DNA of 64,000 nucleotides from Xylographa opegraphella (lineage: Eukaryota): the NCBI GenBank assembly GCA_022813865.1, contig JALDZX010000005.1, positions 620,001 to 684,000 of the forward strand, written 5' to 3'. The first letter of the stretch is position 1. Each line of letters opens with the position of its first letter. A program made the position numbers and the translations under genes. The notes beneath the pieces are model-generated. The model was not told where the DNA came from. It made no database searches and saw only the letters and a list, made by a program, of their open reading frames with translations. This document shows positions 50,974-62,125 of the stretch, in pieces.

Positions 50974-52134
50974 TCACTCTTCCCCTTCATAAAAGTTCCC
51001 CCCCACCTTCCCCAACAAATGCTTCCCGTACACCACCTCCCCCAACCTCTCCACGCCCCCACTCTTCGCCACACACTCCTCCAACGGCCTCACCCGCGCC
51101 TCGAAATCCGGCTCCACGAAGAACGGCACACTGACCCGGAACCCCTCCCCCCGATGCACGACCCGATGCCTCGTGCTCCGCCACAGGCCGTTCGTCCAGC
51201 GCTCCATCATATCCCCGATGTTAACCACCAGCGCCCCCTCCACCGGATCGGCCGCAATCCAGCCCTCCCCTCCCTTCCCCTGCACCTGCAACGCCCCGCG
51301 CGTCTCATCCGCCAGCAAAAGCGTCAAGCACCCATAGTCCGTATGCTCCCCGCACGAAACACCCCCCTCCCCCCCCGCCGGCAGAGGCGGATAGCCAATC
51401 GCGCGCATCACCCAAAAGCTGTCGCGACACTTCCCCACAAAGAACTCCCGATCGCGCAACCCCAGCGCCCAGCCCATGGCGCGCAGCACGCCCTCCCCGA
51501 GCCGCAGCACCTCCCTCACATAGAGCTCATACACGTCGCGGAACTCCGCGGGCCGGTCCGGCCACAAGTTAACGCCGCGCAGCAGCTGAAAGGGCGGGAC
51601 GCGGCCGAGGGCGTCCTCGCGGAGCACGAGCGGCTTGCCCTCGGGGTCGAGGAGGGGCCCGTCGGCGCCGCCGCGCTGGCGCAGGCGTGCGAGGCCGTAG
51701 GGCCCGTAGATGCGCACGAAGGTGAGCTCCTTGCCGGTGAGGCCGTGCTCCTCCGCGGGCAGGACGGGCCGGTACCAGTCGATGGCCTCGTGGGCGTCGC
51801 GCTGGCCGCCGGTGACGTTCGTGGATGGGGGTTGGTAGCCGCGGGCGCCGTCGCCGTAGCCGTGGCCGGGGGCTTGGCGCGTGATGAGACGCTTCTCGAG
51901 CGGGGTGGCGGTTGTGAAGAAGGTGCGGGCGAGGGAGAGGACGCGGGTGGTGAGGGCGGGGGGCAGGCCGTGGTGGGTGAGGTAGAAGAAGCCGTGGGTG
52001 GTGCAGGCGGTATGGAGGCAGGTGGCGCAGGCGGTGAGAGCCGAGGGGGAGGAGGGGGAGAGGAAGGAGGAGATGTCGATGAGGGGGAGGGACGGGCTCG
52101 AAAGGTTGGTTGTGGGGTTCGGTGTCGAACTCAT
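50974..52134 (-). CDS. 2-oxoglutarate/Fe(II)-dependent dioxygenase (isopenicillin N synthase-like, DIOX_N + 2OG-FeII_Oxy)
   Basis: LPLIDIS..ACTTHGFFYLTHHGL, RGYQ, NLWP, GEHTDYGCLTLL (HxD), VVNIGDMMERWTNG..STRHRV (distal H), RVSVPFF (RxS). Single exon. Confidence 0.93.
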   Translation of the reverse strand: MSSTPNPTTNLSSPSLPLIDISSFLSPSSPSALTACATCLHTACTTHGFFYLTHHGLPPALTTRVLSLARTFFTTATPLEKRLITRQAPGHGYGDGARGYQPPSTNVTGGQRDAHEAIDWYRPVLPAEEHGLTGKELTFVRIYGPYGLARLRQRGGADGPLLDPEGKPLVLREDALGRVPPFQLLRGVNLWPDRPAEFRDVYELYVREVLRLGEGVLRAMGWALGLRDREFFVGKCRDSFWVMRAIGYPPLPAGGEGGVSCGEHTDYGCLTLLLADETRGALQVQGKGGEGWIAADPVEGALVVNIGDMMERWTNGLWRSTRHRVVHRGEGFRVSVPFFVEPDFEARVRPLEECVAKSGGVERLGEVVYGKHLLGKVGGNFYEGEE

Positions 52135-52411
52135 CCCGGGTGGAAAAGTTCTCAGTTCACGAGAGATTTCGTCAAGTGGATAACATGGATTATTGAGGGT
52201 AGACTAATCGAGGTGTCTATATTTTTGTAGATGATGGGATATCGTAATTTCATACTATCTCTAAATAGGTAGTTATCTACCCCAGCACCCGGCAGGATTG
52301 TATATAAACCGAAAACTGCCACCAAAATTCACACCTGCGTATAATCGTAGGTTATTCAGCCCGCTAAATGCAGAAACTAACTTTTGGCGTTTTGGTTCAT
52401 ATCGCAGTCGC

Positions 52412-53893
52412 CTACATTATCACTTCGTTAGAGACATCCTAGGGTAGGGTTAGCTTTCTCGAAGTAGCATGACAGTGGGGAAGTGCAAAACCGACCCGCT
52501 TCAACTCCTTGTTGGGTAAGCAAACACAGTTCTGCACGCGGACCTCGTCACCAACACCGCAGTCTTTGCCGAGGATGGTGATGCTCTGAACCTTGACACC
52601 ATTCTTGATGATACTTGTAGTGTGACTGCTCACGGGCGTTGGTGTGCCTTCGACGCGTGCCCAAGCTCCAACACGGCCACCCCAACCGATGATCGAGTAT
52701 AGCACACATGCATCGTGCTTGATCTCGACATCTTCCAGAACAACAGACTCCTTGATTCGAACCCCAGCGCCGATCACGGCACGCGGACCAACCGAGACGT
52801 TTGGACCCAGCTTGGCGGTTGGGTCGACTTCGGCAGTGGGATGGATGAAGACCGGAGGAAGAATGTTAGCTGATGGTGCAGCTAATTCTTCGGAGCCGGA
52901 CTGGAAAGCCTTCTGAAGGTAGAGGGCATTTGCTGGAACCGCCGATCCTGCAGTTTTGATCTGTCTCCAAAAGTCCTTGGTCTCAAGAACAAAAAATTGC
53001 TTGCTATCAGCTAAATCGGAGAGGATGTCTTGCTCCAGACGAAGAACCTCGTTCTTCTCTCCATCCTCTTGCTGATTGGCGAAGTAAGAGTTGTCGAGGT
53101 TTTCCGCTGAAGGATAAGAAACAAGTCGTGGACGATCCGTCCTGCGCTTGATGGCTGACCTAATCGAAGGGAAGATGGTTTCTGTGGAGAAGAGATAAAC
53201 TCCACAATTGATCAGATTGGAGATGTGGGACTCGGGCTTTTCAACGTAGTGAAGAACTCGTTTGGTGTGGGCATCTGAAACTATGCATCCGAAATTTGTG
53301 GCTGCTTCGTTGCTCACTCTTGTCCCTAGAATGACTGCTTCTGCATCCTTCTCGTCAAACAGCTTCAGCATGTCATTGAGCGGGAACGAGCAGCACACAT
53401 CCGCATTGAGCACAAAAAACCTCTGTGGTCCTCCCTTGAGGATAGCATCACGGAAGTGGTACAATCCTCCAGCAGTCCCTAGAGCCTGGTATTCTCTGAG
53501 GTATTGTATCCGAATCTGAGGAAGTTCTCGGGCAGAATCTTTGATGAAATCCCTGAATACGGACTCGTCGTAGTATCCCACCAGTATCACCTCTCGAACG
53601 CCTGGAACCTTGGCGACAGCTTGCAAGCAATGCCAGATGATGGGATGACCTGCGACATCGAACAGTGGCTACGATGGTCAGACATTGGAGTTCGTATCTT
53701 GTATACTGGGAATGTACTCACCTTGGGAACATCCAAAGACAAAGGTCGAAATCTAGTCCCTCGGGAAGGGCCTCCGACCTAGTTTTTTATGAGCTTCGTA
53801 CGGCTATTTCTGCTATTGAAAGCTTACTAGTATAACAGCTTTCGTGGGCTTTGCGATGCCATTCTTCTCCCGGGAGGGGATATTGAGGCTCAT
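52412..53893 (-). CDS. Mannose-1-phosphate guanylyltransferase, alpha/regulatory-type (GMPPA-like), 4 exons
   Basis: KAVIL/VGGPSRGTRFRPLSLDVPK/PLFDVAG, LGTAGGLYHFRD, VLHYVEKPESHISNLINCGVY, C-terminal hexapeptide repeats. Last micro-exon DVSNEVIM* ends at 52412. Confidence 0.92.
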
Positions 53894-54277
53894 CTTTACT
53901 ATCTGATCCTTGTGATGTTGCCGTTTAGTTTCTCGGAGTTGAGGAGAATCAATTGCAGAAAGTGATTGAGTTGTGGAATTTATTCAAACGTTCAAAGGGA
54001 CAGCTCTCACTGCAGCTTTTTCGAAGTACACTTCAGGGTCCTCGAGTCCCTATTTAGAACAGCTTGTGACCTCCCTAATTCACTTGGCGCACCACTAAAT
54101 GTACCTCGGTAACACCCCTAATACCTTAGGTATGCTAGTGGCGCTTGGTAATGTGCGGACCTTCGTAAAGAGTTTTGAGGTAGACTCGCGAGCTTCGAAG
54201 GTGGGCAGGCACCTACCTCGTTCTCAGTATCCTTATCGAGCACACTGTGATTTGGGGCACATTGTTCAACACAAGAG

Positions 54278-54323
54278 AGCTTGATCAAAATCTACAAGAT
54301 AGCTTGATCAGAATCTACAAGAT
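54278..54323. repeat. 23-bp tandem duplication
   Basis: agcttgatcaaaatctacaagat followed directly by agcttgatcagaatctacaagat (1 mismatch). Confidence 0.8.
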
Positions 54324-54444
54324 ATTCTTATGAATTATTTCAGCTATTGAATAGTCGACAGCCCCCCACTCCTTGGCCTGCCAGCAGTCCTTCCACGCTT
54401 GAGCGACCTGATGCAAACATTGATCAAGGTTCTTATTAAAATGG

Positions 54445-55520
54445 TCACTGTCCAACCCTCTTCGGTCTCCATAGAGACCTTTTACTACCGCCCGGTCTCT
54501 TGACCACCATTGAAGACTGGTAGAGATCTCTCAGCCGCTGGCTCACGGTATGCTGACGAACGTCATATATCACTACTGTATCCGAGGGCAAGCTGTACGT
54601 AAGAGCTGCTGGCGCCAGTTGAGCATCTGCAACATGGAGAGGCTCTTCTGAACGGATCCGGAGCTGTCTGCGGAGGTTCCATCTGGCAGCTTGTGATATG
54701 ACTGTGTCGTCCACCGAAGTCTCACGCTCGGTGACCACTTCGGAACCACGCAGCGTCACCAAATCAATCTCTTCCTCGACGAATAATGGGCTCTGGACTT
54801 GAGCATCCTGTACATGAATGCTCTCTCCGGGGGAATGTTCCGTCAAAGCAACCGCTTCGGCCAGAAGCATCAGTCCTACTTCGTCACGACGGTCTTCTCC
54901 GGTAGCCGAGATAGTAGATTGCGGCGAGGGTAAGCCGAGGGCTAGTAGATAATCAGCAGTTTCTTCGATTTCAGAGGCCGCCTGTATCATATCAGAATCG
55001 AATAGCACATTCAGTGAATGTGGTGCTTTACTTTCGCGGCTGCCCTCGTTATTCGCGCCGGCTTGCTACTCTCCGTTCTTTGCATAGTCTTATCTCCTCT
55101 ATCTTCCTTGGCTCTTCTTCGTCTTTTCTGTTTGTTTCGAACATTCTGTGTGACACTTTCATCGTCGCTTTCCTCTATTACCTTTCTCGCCCTTTGTTTC
55201 CTTAGAGCTGGCAGATTTTGTACCATCTCTGTTCGTACATCTTGGTGAATTTCTGGACTTCGCCTGAGTATAGGTGATACCGGCTCCGGTGTCGGCACTT
55301 TTGGTTGAGAAATACTGTTCACTATTCGCGGGCGGCCTCCTTCACCAGCATTCAACACATGAATATTGTCGTTGATTCCAACGTCCACGCATGGCGTACA
55401 AATGTGGAAGCCGCAATCTTTACAGCGGTACAATATCGCTTTATTGTTACGGTTGCACCTGTCACATTTGGCTGTATGGATTGTGATCGGAATGAAATCA
55501 TAGTGCAAACACTTTCCCAT
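54445..55520 (-). CDS. Uncharacterised protein with N-terminal Cys/His zinc-finger-like motif and basic NLS-like segment, 2 exons
   Basis: MGKCLH..AKCDRCN..LYRCKDCGFHICTPC, then NKQKRRRRAK. A putative intron at about 54982-55031 joins ORFs 55011-55817 and 54445-55008. Confidence 0.6.
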
Positions 55521-57428
55521 GGCGGAGCGGGTTCTGCCGCTGCAGCAAGAGCTGGGAAAGAAGATGAAGGTTGCCCAACGGCATGCAAGGCTGGAGAAAT
55601 AGAAATGCCGGAGTTGAGACTTGGAGCTGTTAATGATCAAGTGAAGCATGATGAATGAGCGACTTACTACCACCTGCAAGGACGAAGAATGAGATCGTGG
55701 TAACTGGCAGTCAACCAAAGTGTCTTTCATCCATAGATCTGCGTAACTGGATGGAGTATGACGGGTTTCTATGACGAGTATTGAAACTGATGGGGGTACC
55801 ACTGTTAAATAGCCCATTTTCTCATTCGTGAATCACCACTAGTCGGCGTCGCTTCTGAGTTTGCAAATGATTCACTCCGGGAGAAGACCCCCAAGCCCCT
55901 CTCTCGACCTTGCGCCTCACATTTATCTCAGCAGAGCTCATTTCAAGCTTGGCAGTCGCTTGGTGGTGGTCACCATGATCGCCGTGAGCAGTGTGCTGCT
56001 TAGTGCAAGTTGCGCAAGCAGAAGTCCACCGACATCAGACTGGGATCTTCGAGCCTGTCTCGTGAAAACGTCTAATTCGACATGTCCATGAACAATGAGG
56101 ATAGAAGGCCAAGTGATACGAAACTCGAGTTGTGCTTAAGCTGATGGGCAGCGGGCAGTGTGTTCCACGTGGTGTCCATCAGCAGGTCTCGTAGGATCGG
56201 CAGCAATGAATTTCTGCGTAGGATGATGAATTGGGCTTCACATGGAGTTACATCGATAAGGTTCAGTACGCTTGAGGTCGGTATTTCCATCAGTCAAGAT
56301 TGTTTAACGAAAGCGTTTGTCTCGTCCACCTTCTCGTACTTCTCATTGCAGGCTTGATCGGCCCTGTGCTTTATTTTCTTCTCTTCTCTTCTCGTCATAT
56401 AATGTACATTCGCCATGCGGAACATGATGGAATAAGACACAGAATCCAGGACTGAGCTGAGGGCAAGGACGAAGTGACTACGCTCTTGGTTTCTTTCGTG
56501 CAATTCGTGGAAGGCTTATCTTTATTATAGTAGATATGTTCTGTTAAATCGATCTATCTTCCTAAATGGTTCTCACTGAAACGCAGAATTCCGAAAACAT
56601 TAAATGGGTGACTGTGAGAGGCTGGCGCATCACTCTGAGACTATAACCGACGAACGCGAACGGGTACGTAGAGGTGTGAAAGCGGAGACGGGCTTGTAGC
56701 ATTAGCAGAGGTCCTGATAAATGATGATGTGAATGTGCAGTAGACTTATTACGCTGAGCTCCAACCCACAGAGCCAGCGGTACTCGCAGCTGTATCGCCC
56801 AGATGAAAAGCACAGTATTCACCTTTCCCTCAATAGCTGATCCGGGTGTGATTGTTCGAGCATGCATCGTCTGGTAGGAGCTGGGATCGTCTTTGCCGCC
56901 CGCAAGAGAATCACGGAGAAGTATCGAGCCAGACAATTTCGAGGACTTGTAGAGAGCTGGCAGAGCTTTAAATCTCGCGAAAGATGTATTAAAGATATCC
57001 GGATAAAGCGGCAGTGGAACAAGACGTTAGGATTTGTCGGAGGAAGCGAGTATGAGAGTCGAGCCGAGTGGCCAGGTCCACAGTACAAGCGTATGTGTTC
57101 GACGAGCTCAATCAATGACGACAGATCATAGTGATCCAGCGATCTCAATCACGTACAAGCTCCCGCGCTCGTTCAGGCATGCATTCGTACCTTCTGAAAT
57201 GTTCTTCATGATATGTGCTACCTGTCGATGGAGGCTTGGAGGCATCGGGCTCCACTATCTCATACACGCATCGTCGTAGGGAACAAATAGGAAAACCTCA
57301 CTGAATGAACCGATGCATCGGAGTAGACTCCAGAACTCAATTATGTCAGGATATGGCAACTGGAGACGACATCACAAGCAACAGCTGTAGCAGACAATCC
57401 AACGCTAAAGTCTCAATTCTCTCCGGGC

Positions 57429-59322
57429 TCAATAGCTGAAGTCTTCATACACAACTTCCTTTCCAGCTACCCATTGGAGGAGGCTCTTCTTGAGCGCTGT
57501 CCCGGTGCAGATGTACCACTTATCTGAAATGTCCAGATCCACTTCAAGATCCTTGGCCATTATTCGCCGTCTAGCCACCCTTGAGCACATGGATTCTACC
57601 ACTGCCATTGAAGCTTGTTCTGAAGCAACGTCATGGAGGTTGCTGCTCGATACGAATAAGGAGGTCGAAGATGCTAAAGCCGGTACTCGTTGAAATGTTG
57701 CGAGCACTAGCCCGATGTCTTGGATGTTGATAGTCCAGAACAAGTGTAGTCCATTCAAATCCAGATGTGAGACTTGACCAAGCAAAGGCGTGATCCCTAT
57801 ACCGCCAGCCACAACAGGTGTAATTTTACCCGCCCGCTGCTCTATCACAAACTCCCCTCCGAAGCCTTTGAGCGGCACTTCAAGGCCTGCACGCACATTC
57901 TGTCTAAACATGAAATTTGTAACGACACCGACATTACGGATAGTGATTTCGAATTCATCGTCAGGCAACTCGGCCCCATTTGGAGGAGATGAAAGTGTAA
58001 ACGTACGCATGTAATCGTCGTTGAGGCTTCTCGGGTCATCATCTCGCATGTGGCTGTAACCTGTACTAAGCTCGTTTTCAAATGACAAAGCGACGTACTG
58101 CCCAACTTTCCAACGACCAGTAGCAATAGGGTCGCTGATACCGAAGTGGAAACGTGCTATGGTGGGTGTCAGGACTTCTCGTTTGAGCAACTTTGCGTTC
58201 ACGCGGGATATTTCGTTTTCATGTGGTATTGCCGCTCCTCCTTCAGTTGCTAAGTATCGAACAGCTGGATTGTACGGGGATCTCTCGCCTGCTATACCTC
58301 GAAATGACAAGCCGGTCTCAACAAAACGAGCCTCTTGTACTAAAATTTTGACGACTAGCTTCGACTTCGGTATGACGGCTGCAGCATCTCGTCCCGCTAT
58401 TATTTCTGTGGTTGCTGTCAGGTACAGTACGTCGCCGTTCTCGAAATTCGGAAAGACTAATCCAGCTTTAGATGACACTTGTAAATTACCAAGCGTTTGG
58501 TAGAAGCGGTTCCCAGAATATTCAGGGTAAACCAATGTGACACCGTCACTGCTGTTTGACATGACACGAACAAAACCAGGAGAACCACCACGATGATTCG
58601 TGCTCATACAAGATCTTTCGTCCGAAGAAGTTAAGAAGAATAAATCAGCTTTGTGGAGAAGCTCAAGTGCTTGGCATGACAATGGAAAGGCTGAGGATAT
58701 TAATTTTGGTGACGGCGGTACCGAACTTAACTCTTTCTTGTTCAAATATTTAGGGCAATTTCCTGACACGTGTGAGCCGGTTACCATTTGTAGTCCGTAC
58801 AGATAGATCATACCTACCCAAACTGGAGTCGACCTTGAGTACGACCTGCGCTTCCCCTATCTTACCGTCCTCGCCTGATGTCTGCAGTCTTGTACGATCA
58901 AGAGCACCGGCTATGACATGTCCAGAGAACTTAAGTCGTCTTCTAGCTGCCAGATCTATTGCCAATCCTGCGAGTGAGCGCCCCGCAATCCCTTTCTCTG
59001 TAATCTGACCACCCGCTTGGTGGCCTAGCAGAGTTTCCACGATTGGATCGTACTGCTTATCGACAAGAGTCTTGATCCCAAGGGTTGACGAACCCAAAGA
59101 CTGTAGAAAGCCAGCCTCACCGCCCCAGAGGGTTGTCCACAGTCGGCCCCCAAGGTCATGTGTCCCTATAGCGAGTAACGGGGCCGTCTGAAGGAAATTT
59201 CCTCCGCCAGGGGTAAGACATGGATAAGTTGGATTCTCCATTGATAGGTCATTGTGCATGAGCGAGTGCATCTTTTGCTCACCTTCATGCCAACCAGTAT
59301 TACCCAGATATATGTTTGCCAT
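57429..59322 (-). CDS. Oxidoreductase with pyridoxamine-5'-phosphate-oxidase-like FMN-binding region and ferredoxin-reductase-type FAD/NAD-binding domain, 2 exons
   Basis: GWHEGEQKMH, LWTTLWGGEAGF, SLG/NCPKYLN, NHRGGSPGFVRV, YPEYSGNRFYQTLGNL, RTFTLSS, VAGGIGITP, terminal YEDFSY. Intron about 58752-58812. Confidence 0.9.
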
Positions 59323-60021
59323 TGAGCACGAGGCCGAGGTGTGTTACCAAGGTATAGTCTGATATACTTGCTAGGGAAAACACAGAGAAATTTATCAATC
59401 ATAAAGCAGATGTAGTTTGAATGAATCTGGTATCAAGATCGGAAGAAAAGTTGAACATCTGGCAGTGTATTACTGATATAAATAAGGTTCGAGTACTCTA
59501 TTTGGAATATCAATTGCAAATGGAATCGAGTATGCTAAAGCAGCGAACCGCTATTAGCCAATACGTATGTGGTTCAGTAATCAGACATGAGACACACGCC
59601 ATCATGCTTTGGTTGAAGCCGTCGCTTGTACCGCGGGCGGATTGAACATATGGATTACAGGTGACCTGGTAGGGTAGCCTGGTGTGGCCATGATGTACTT
59701 TTGGTAGGCGGGCATGGGCTCATGCGTTTAGTGGCTTCATCAACGGTGATTTAGCGAGCATGGACCCCTATCCTAGTCCTATCCTGGTCTTAAAGATCAG
59801 CCGCGAGGTTCAGTGTAGCTTAACGCGTGCCTTGTCGCGTCAAGCATGAGATGTGAACCACTACTGTCTGTTTCTGAGGACTAGATACTGCAAGTAAGGC
59901 CTGGTCTGGTGTCGTCGCAACGCATTTCGCTGATATATTATTTCCTGTAGTTGAACTGACAGGTATCGGCATCATTTGTCATTGCGAGTCATTATCAGTC
60001 ATCCAACCGAGGCTTCCGCAT

Positions 60022-62125
60022 ATGGCACAGATTGTCTACACCGGCGTTGCAGACAATGCTGGTGTTTCTGGTACCCTCTTCCAAGGCGCAAAATTCTGGT
60101 TCTCGCGCCGAGTTCCAAGCAGATCGACGTTCATTGAGCAAGTGAAGGCCAATGGAGGTGAAGTTGTCTCATTGGAAACATTCGCCGACATCAAGATCGT
60201 GGATCATTTGAAGTCGGACAATGCGCCAGGAACCTACTCGTACCGGTATATCGAGCGGTCTATCCGCAATAGTGTTCTTGAAGATCTCGAGGACCATCGT
60301 GCGGGACCTGCCAGGAATTCCATCAGGCCTGCTGGGGCAGTTGGTAAACCCACGAAAGGCACTCGAACACCATTTACTGCAGCCGATGACCAGGTGATTT
60401 ACGATTTGGTCGATGAGACTGAGCGGAAAGGAGGAGCGACTTTTGGGAACGAGATATACAAGCAACTGGGACTGATCGTACGAAACAGCTACGAAACATG
60501 GCCAAATCTTACGCTAATTAGAGTACAGAATCCCCGACATACGTGGCAATCATGGCGAGAACGATGGGTGAAGATACTGAGTAATAAGCCCAGACCGGCT
60601 CGCGTTCCAAGCAATGCACCACCAACTCCTCCCAACGATCAGTCCGAGGCTATCACCCAGAAAACACCTAAGATTACTGCTAAGCCTGCTGCGGTGGCCT
60701 TCACAGCAGAAGATGCTAAGAAATTATTGAACGTGGCCGAGAGTATATGTGACATCCTTCCTGAAAACGATGAGGAGGCGTGGCAGACTTGGGCCGACAA
60801 AGTCAGTGGCTTGTTCCGCTGTATTCTTCCGTAACTCAACTGACCCTCTCGTGTAGTACCCTCACCACTCTGCTCATGAGTGGCGCAACTTCTGGAAAGC
60901 GAACATCCGTCCAATACACCTGAAGCAGCAGAGGAACTCAAAGACGGCAACGCCAAGGCAGATGGAATCTGTCGTGGATGGCAACGTGACCCAGAAGCCC
61001 CAGGAAGATGCCGATAACCCTCTCCAAATCAACAGAGCTATGGTGTCTACTGCGATCTTGTCGTTGTCAGAGAAGCCAAAGACTCCTGTTCCATCGAAGC
61101 ACCAAGGTTCGAGTGAAGTTTCCGACGATATCATTATACCAGTCAAAGTCGTACGGCCTACGGGAGGAGAACCCCCAATTATCAGCAAGTCACCGAAACG
61201 GAGTCGAGACAGCTCGGTGGAAGCGCCCCCGAGAAGCTCACCTCCGATCAACCAACAGAGTCCATATCGCAAGCGACGCAGAATAGAACAAGGGCTTCCA
61301 ATACAGAAAGAGATACCGTCAACCCCTGAGAGAAGTCCTCTCACCATACGACGTCATCCCCCCACACCGGTGCAGTCTAACATCATCAAACTCGAAGAGG
61401 AGTCAGATGTGGAGTCTGCGGTTGACGATGAAGATGAAAATGGTGACTACGATGCAGTGCCAGACCAGCCAGCTTCGCAATCACTTTCGGAGCCCGAGCA
61501 GGCTTTGGCAAAGATAAGGAATGTCTTCAAAGACCCGAGACAGCTTATGGACTTTGATTTGCCAGCGCCCGAAGGAGGTTGGGCCGAGAGCGACGTTCAA
61601 GCAGATCCAGATGAGGAGCTGGAGATTCCTCAATCCATTAACAGACGGGAAGACACACAAGCGATACTGCAAGGCCAAACGCCAGCGTTCGATTTCTCGA
61701 TCCCTGAGCCAGAGGAAGGATGGGACTTACTGATGCAACCTCCCCCTTCCTCACCACCAGTCCCCGTGGATGAAGCAGGTGACTATGTCAGCGACGAAGG
61801 GCCAGAGGAGCTCATGGACGAGCAAGAAATGATTGCCATCCTAGAAAAGTGGCTGGATAGCCGGATGGAGAGCGGTGTTGACGCCGAGATCTTGGGACTC
61901 GCTCTGAAAGCCACAAACAATGATCCGGAGCTTGCCGATCTCGTGCTGGAATCGTTGGACCGGGATGAAGGAGTTCCGGCTGACGTTAGAGGTATATGGA
62001 CGGAAGAAGACGACGAATGTCTGGACGCGGTGGATGCGCGGAAGATCAACGCCATGATCGAGAAGCACGGGCAGGACGGGCTCGACCGGAGGTACGAGTT
62101 TTTGAGGAAGTACAATGCCAACTAG
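60022..62125 (+). CDS. RAP1: Telomere-associated protein Rap1 (BRCT, Myb domain(s), Rap1 C-terminal domain), 3 exons
   Basis: N-terminal BRCT-like (LFQGAKFWFS..NGGEVV..SYRYIERSI), Myb TRTPFTAADD..GNEIYKQL/NPRHTWQSWRERW, second HSAHEWRNFW, C-terminal GVPADVRGIWTEEDDECL..KHG..RRYEFL. Introns about 60478-60527 and 60802-60857. Confidence 0.88.

Noticed and set aside
50875..52230. 451-aa plus-strand ORF
   Set aside because: Antisense shadow of the GC-rich dioxygenase gene. It is Pro/Gly-rich with no recognisable motifs.
54278..54323. Direct repeat as a CRISPR-like or mobile-element signature
   Set aside because: Only two adjacent copies with no spacer, in a eukaryotic context. It is a simple tandem duplication.
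55850..57400. Cluster of short ORFs on both strands
   Set aside because: No motifs, codon bias or consistent splice pattern to support a gene.
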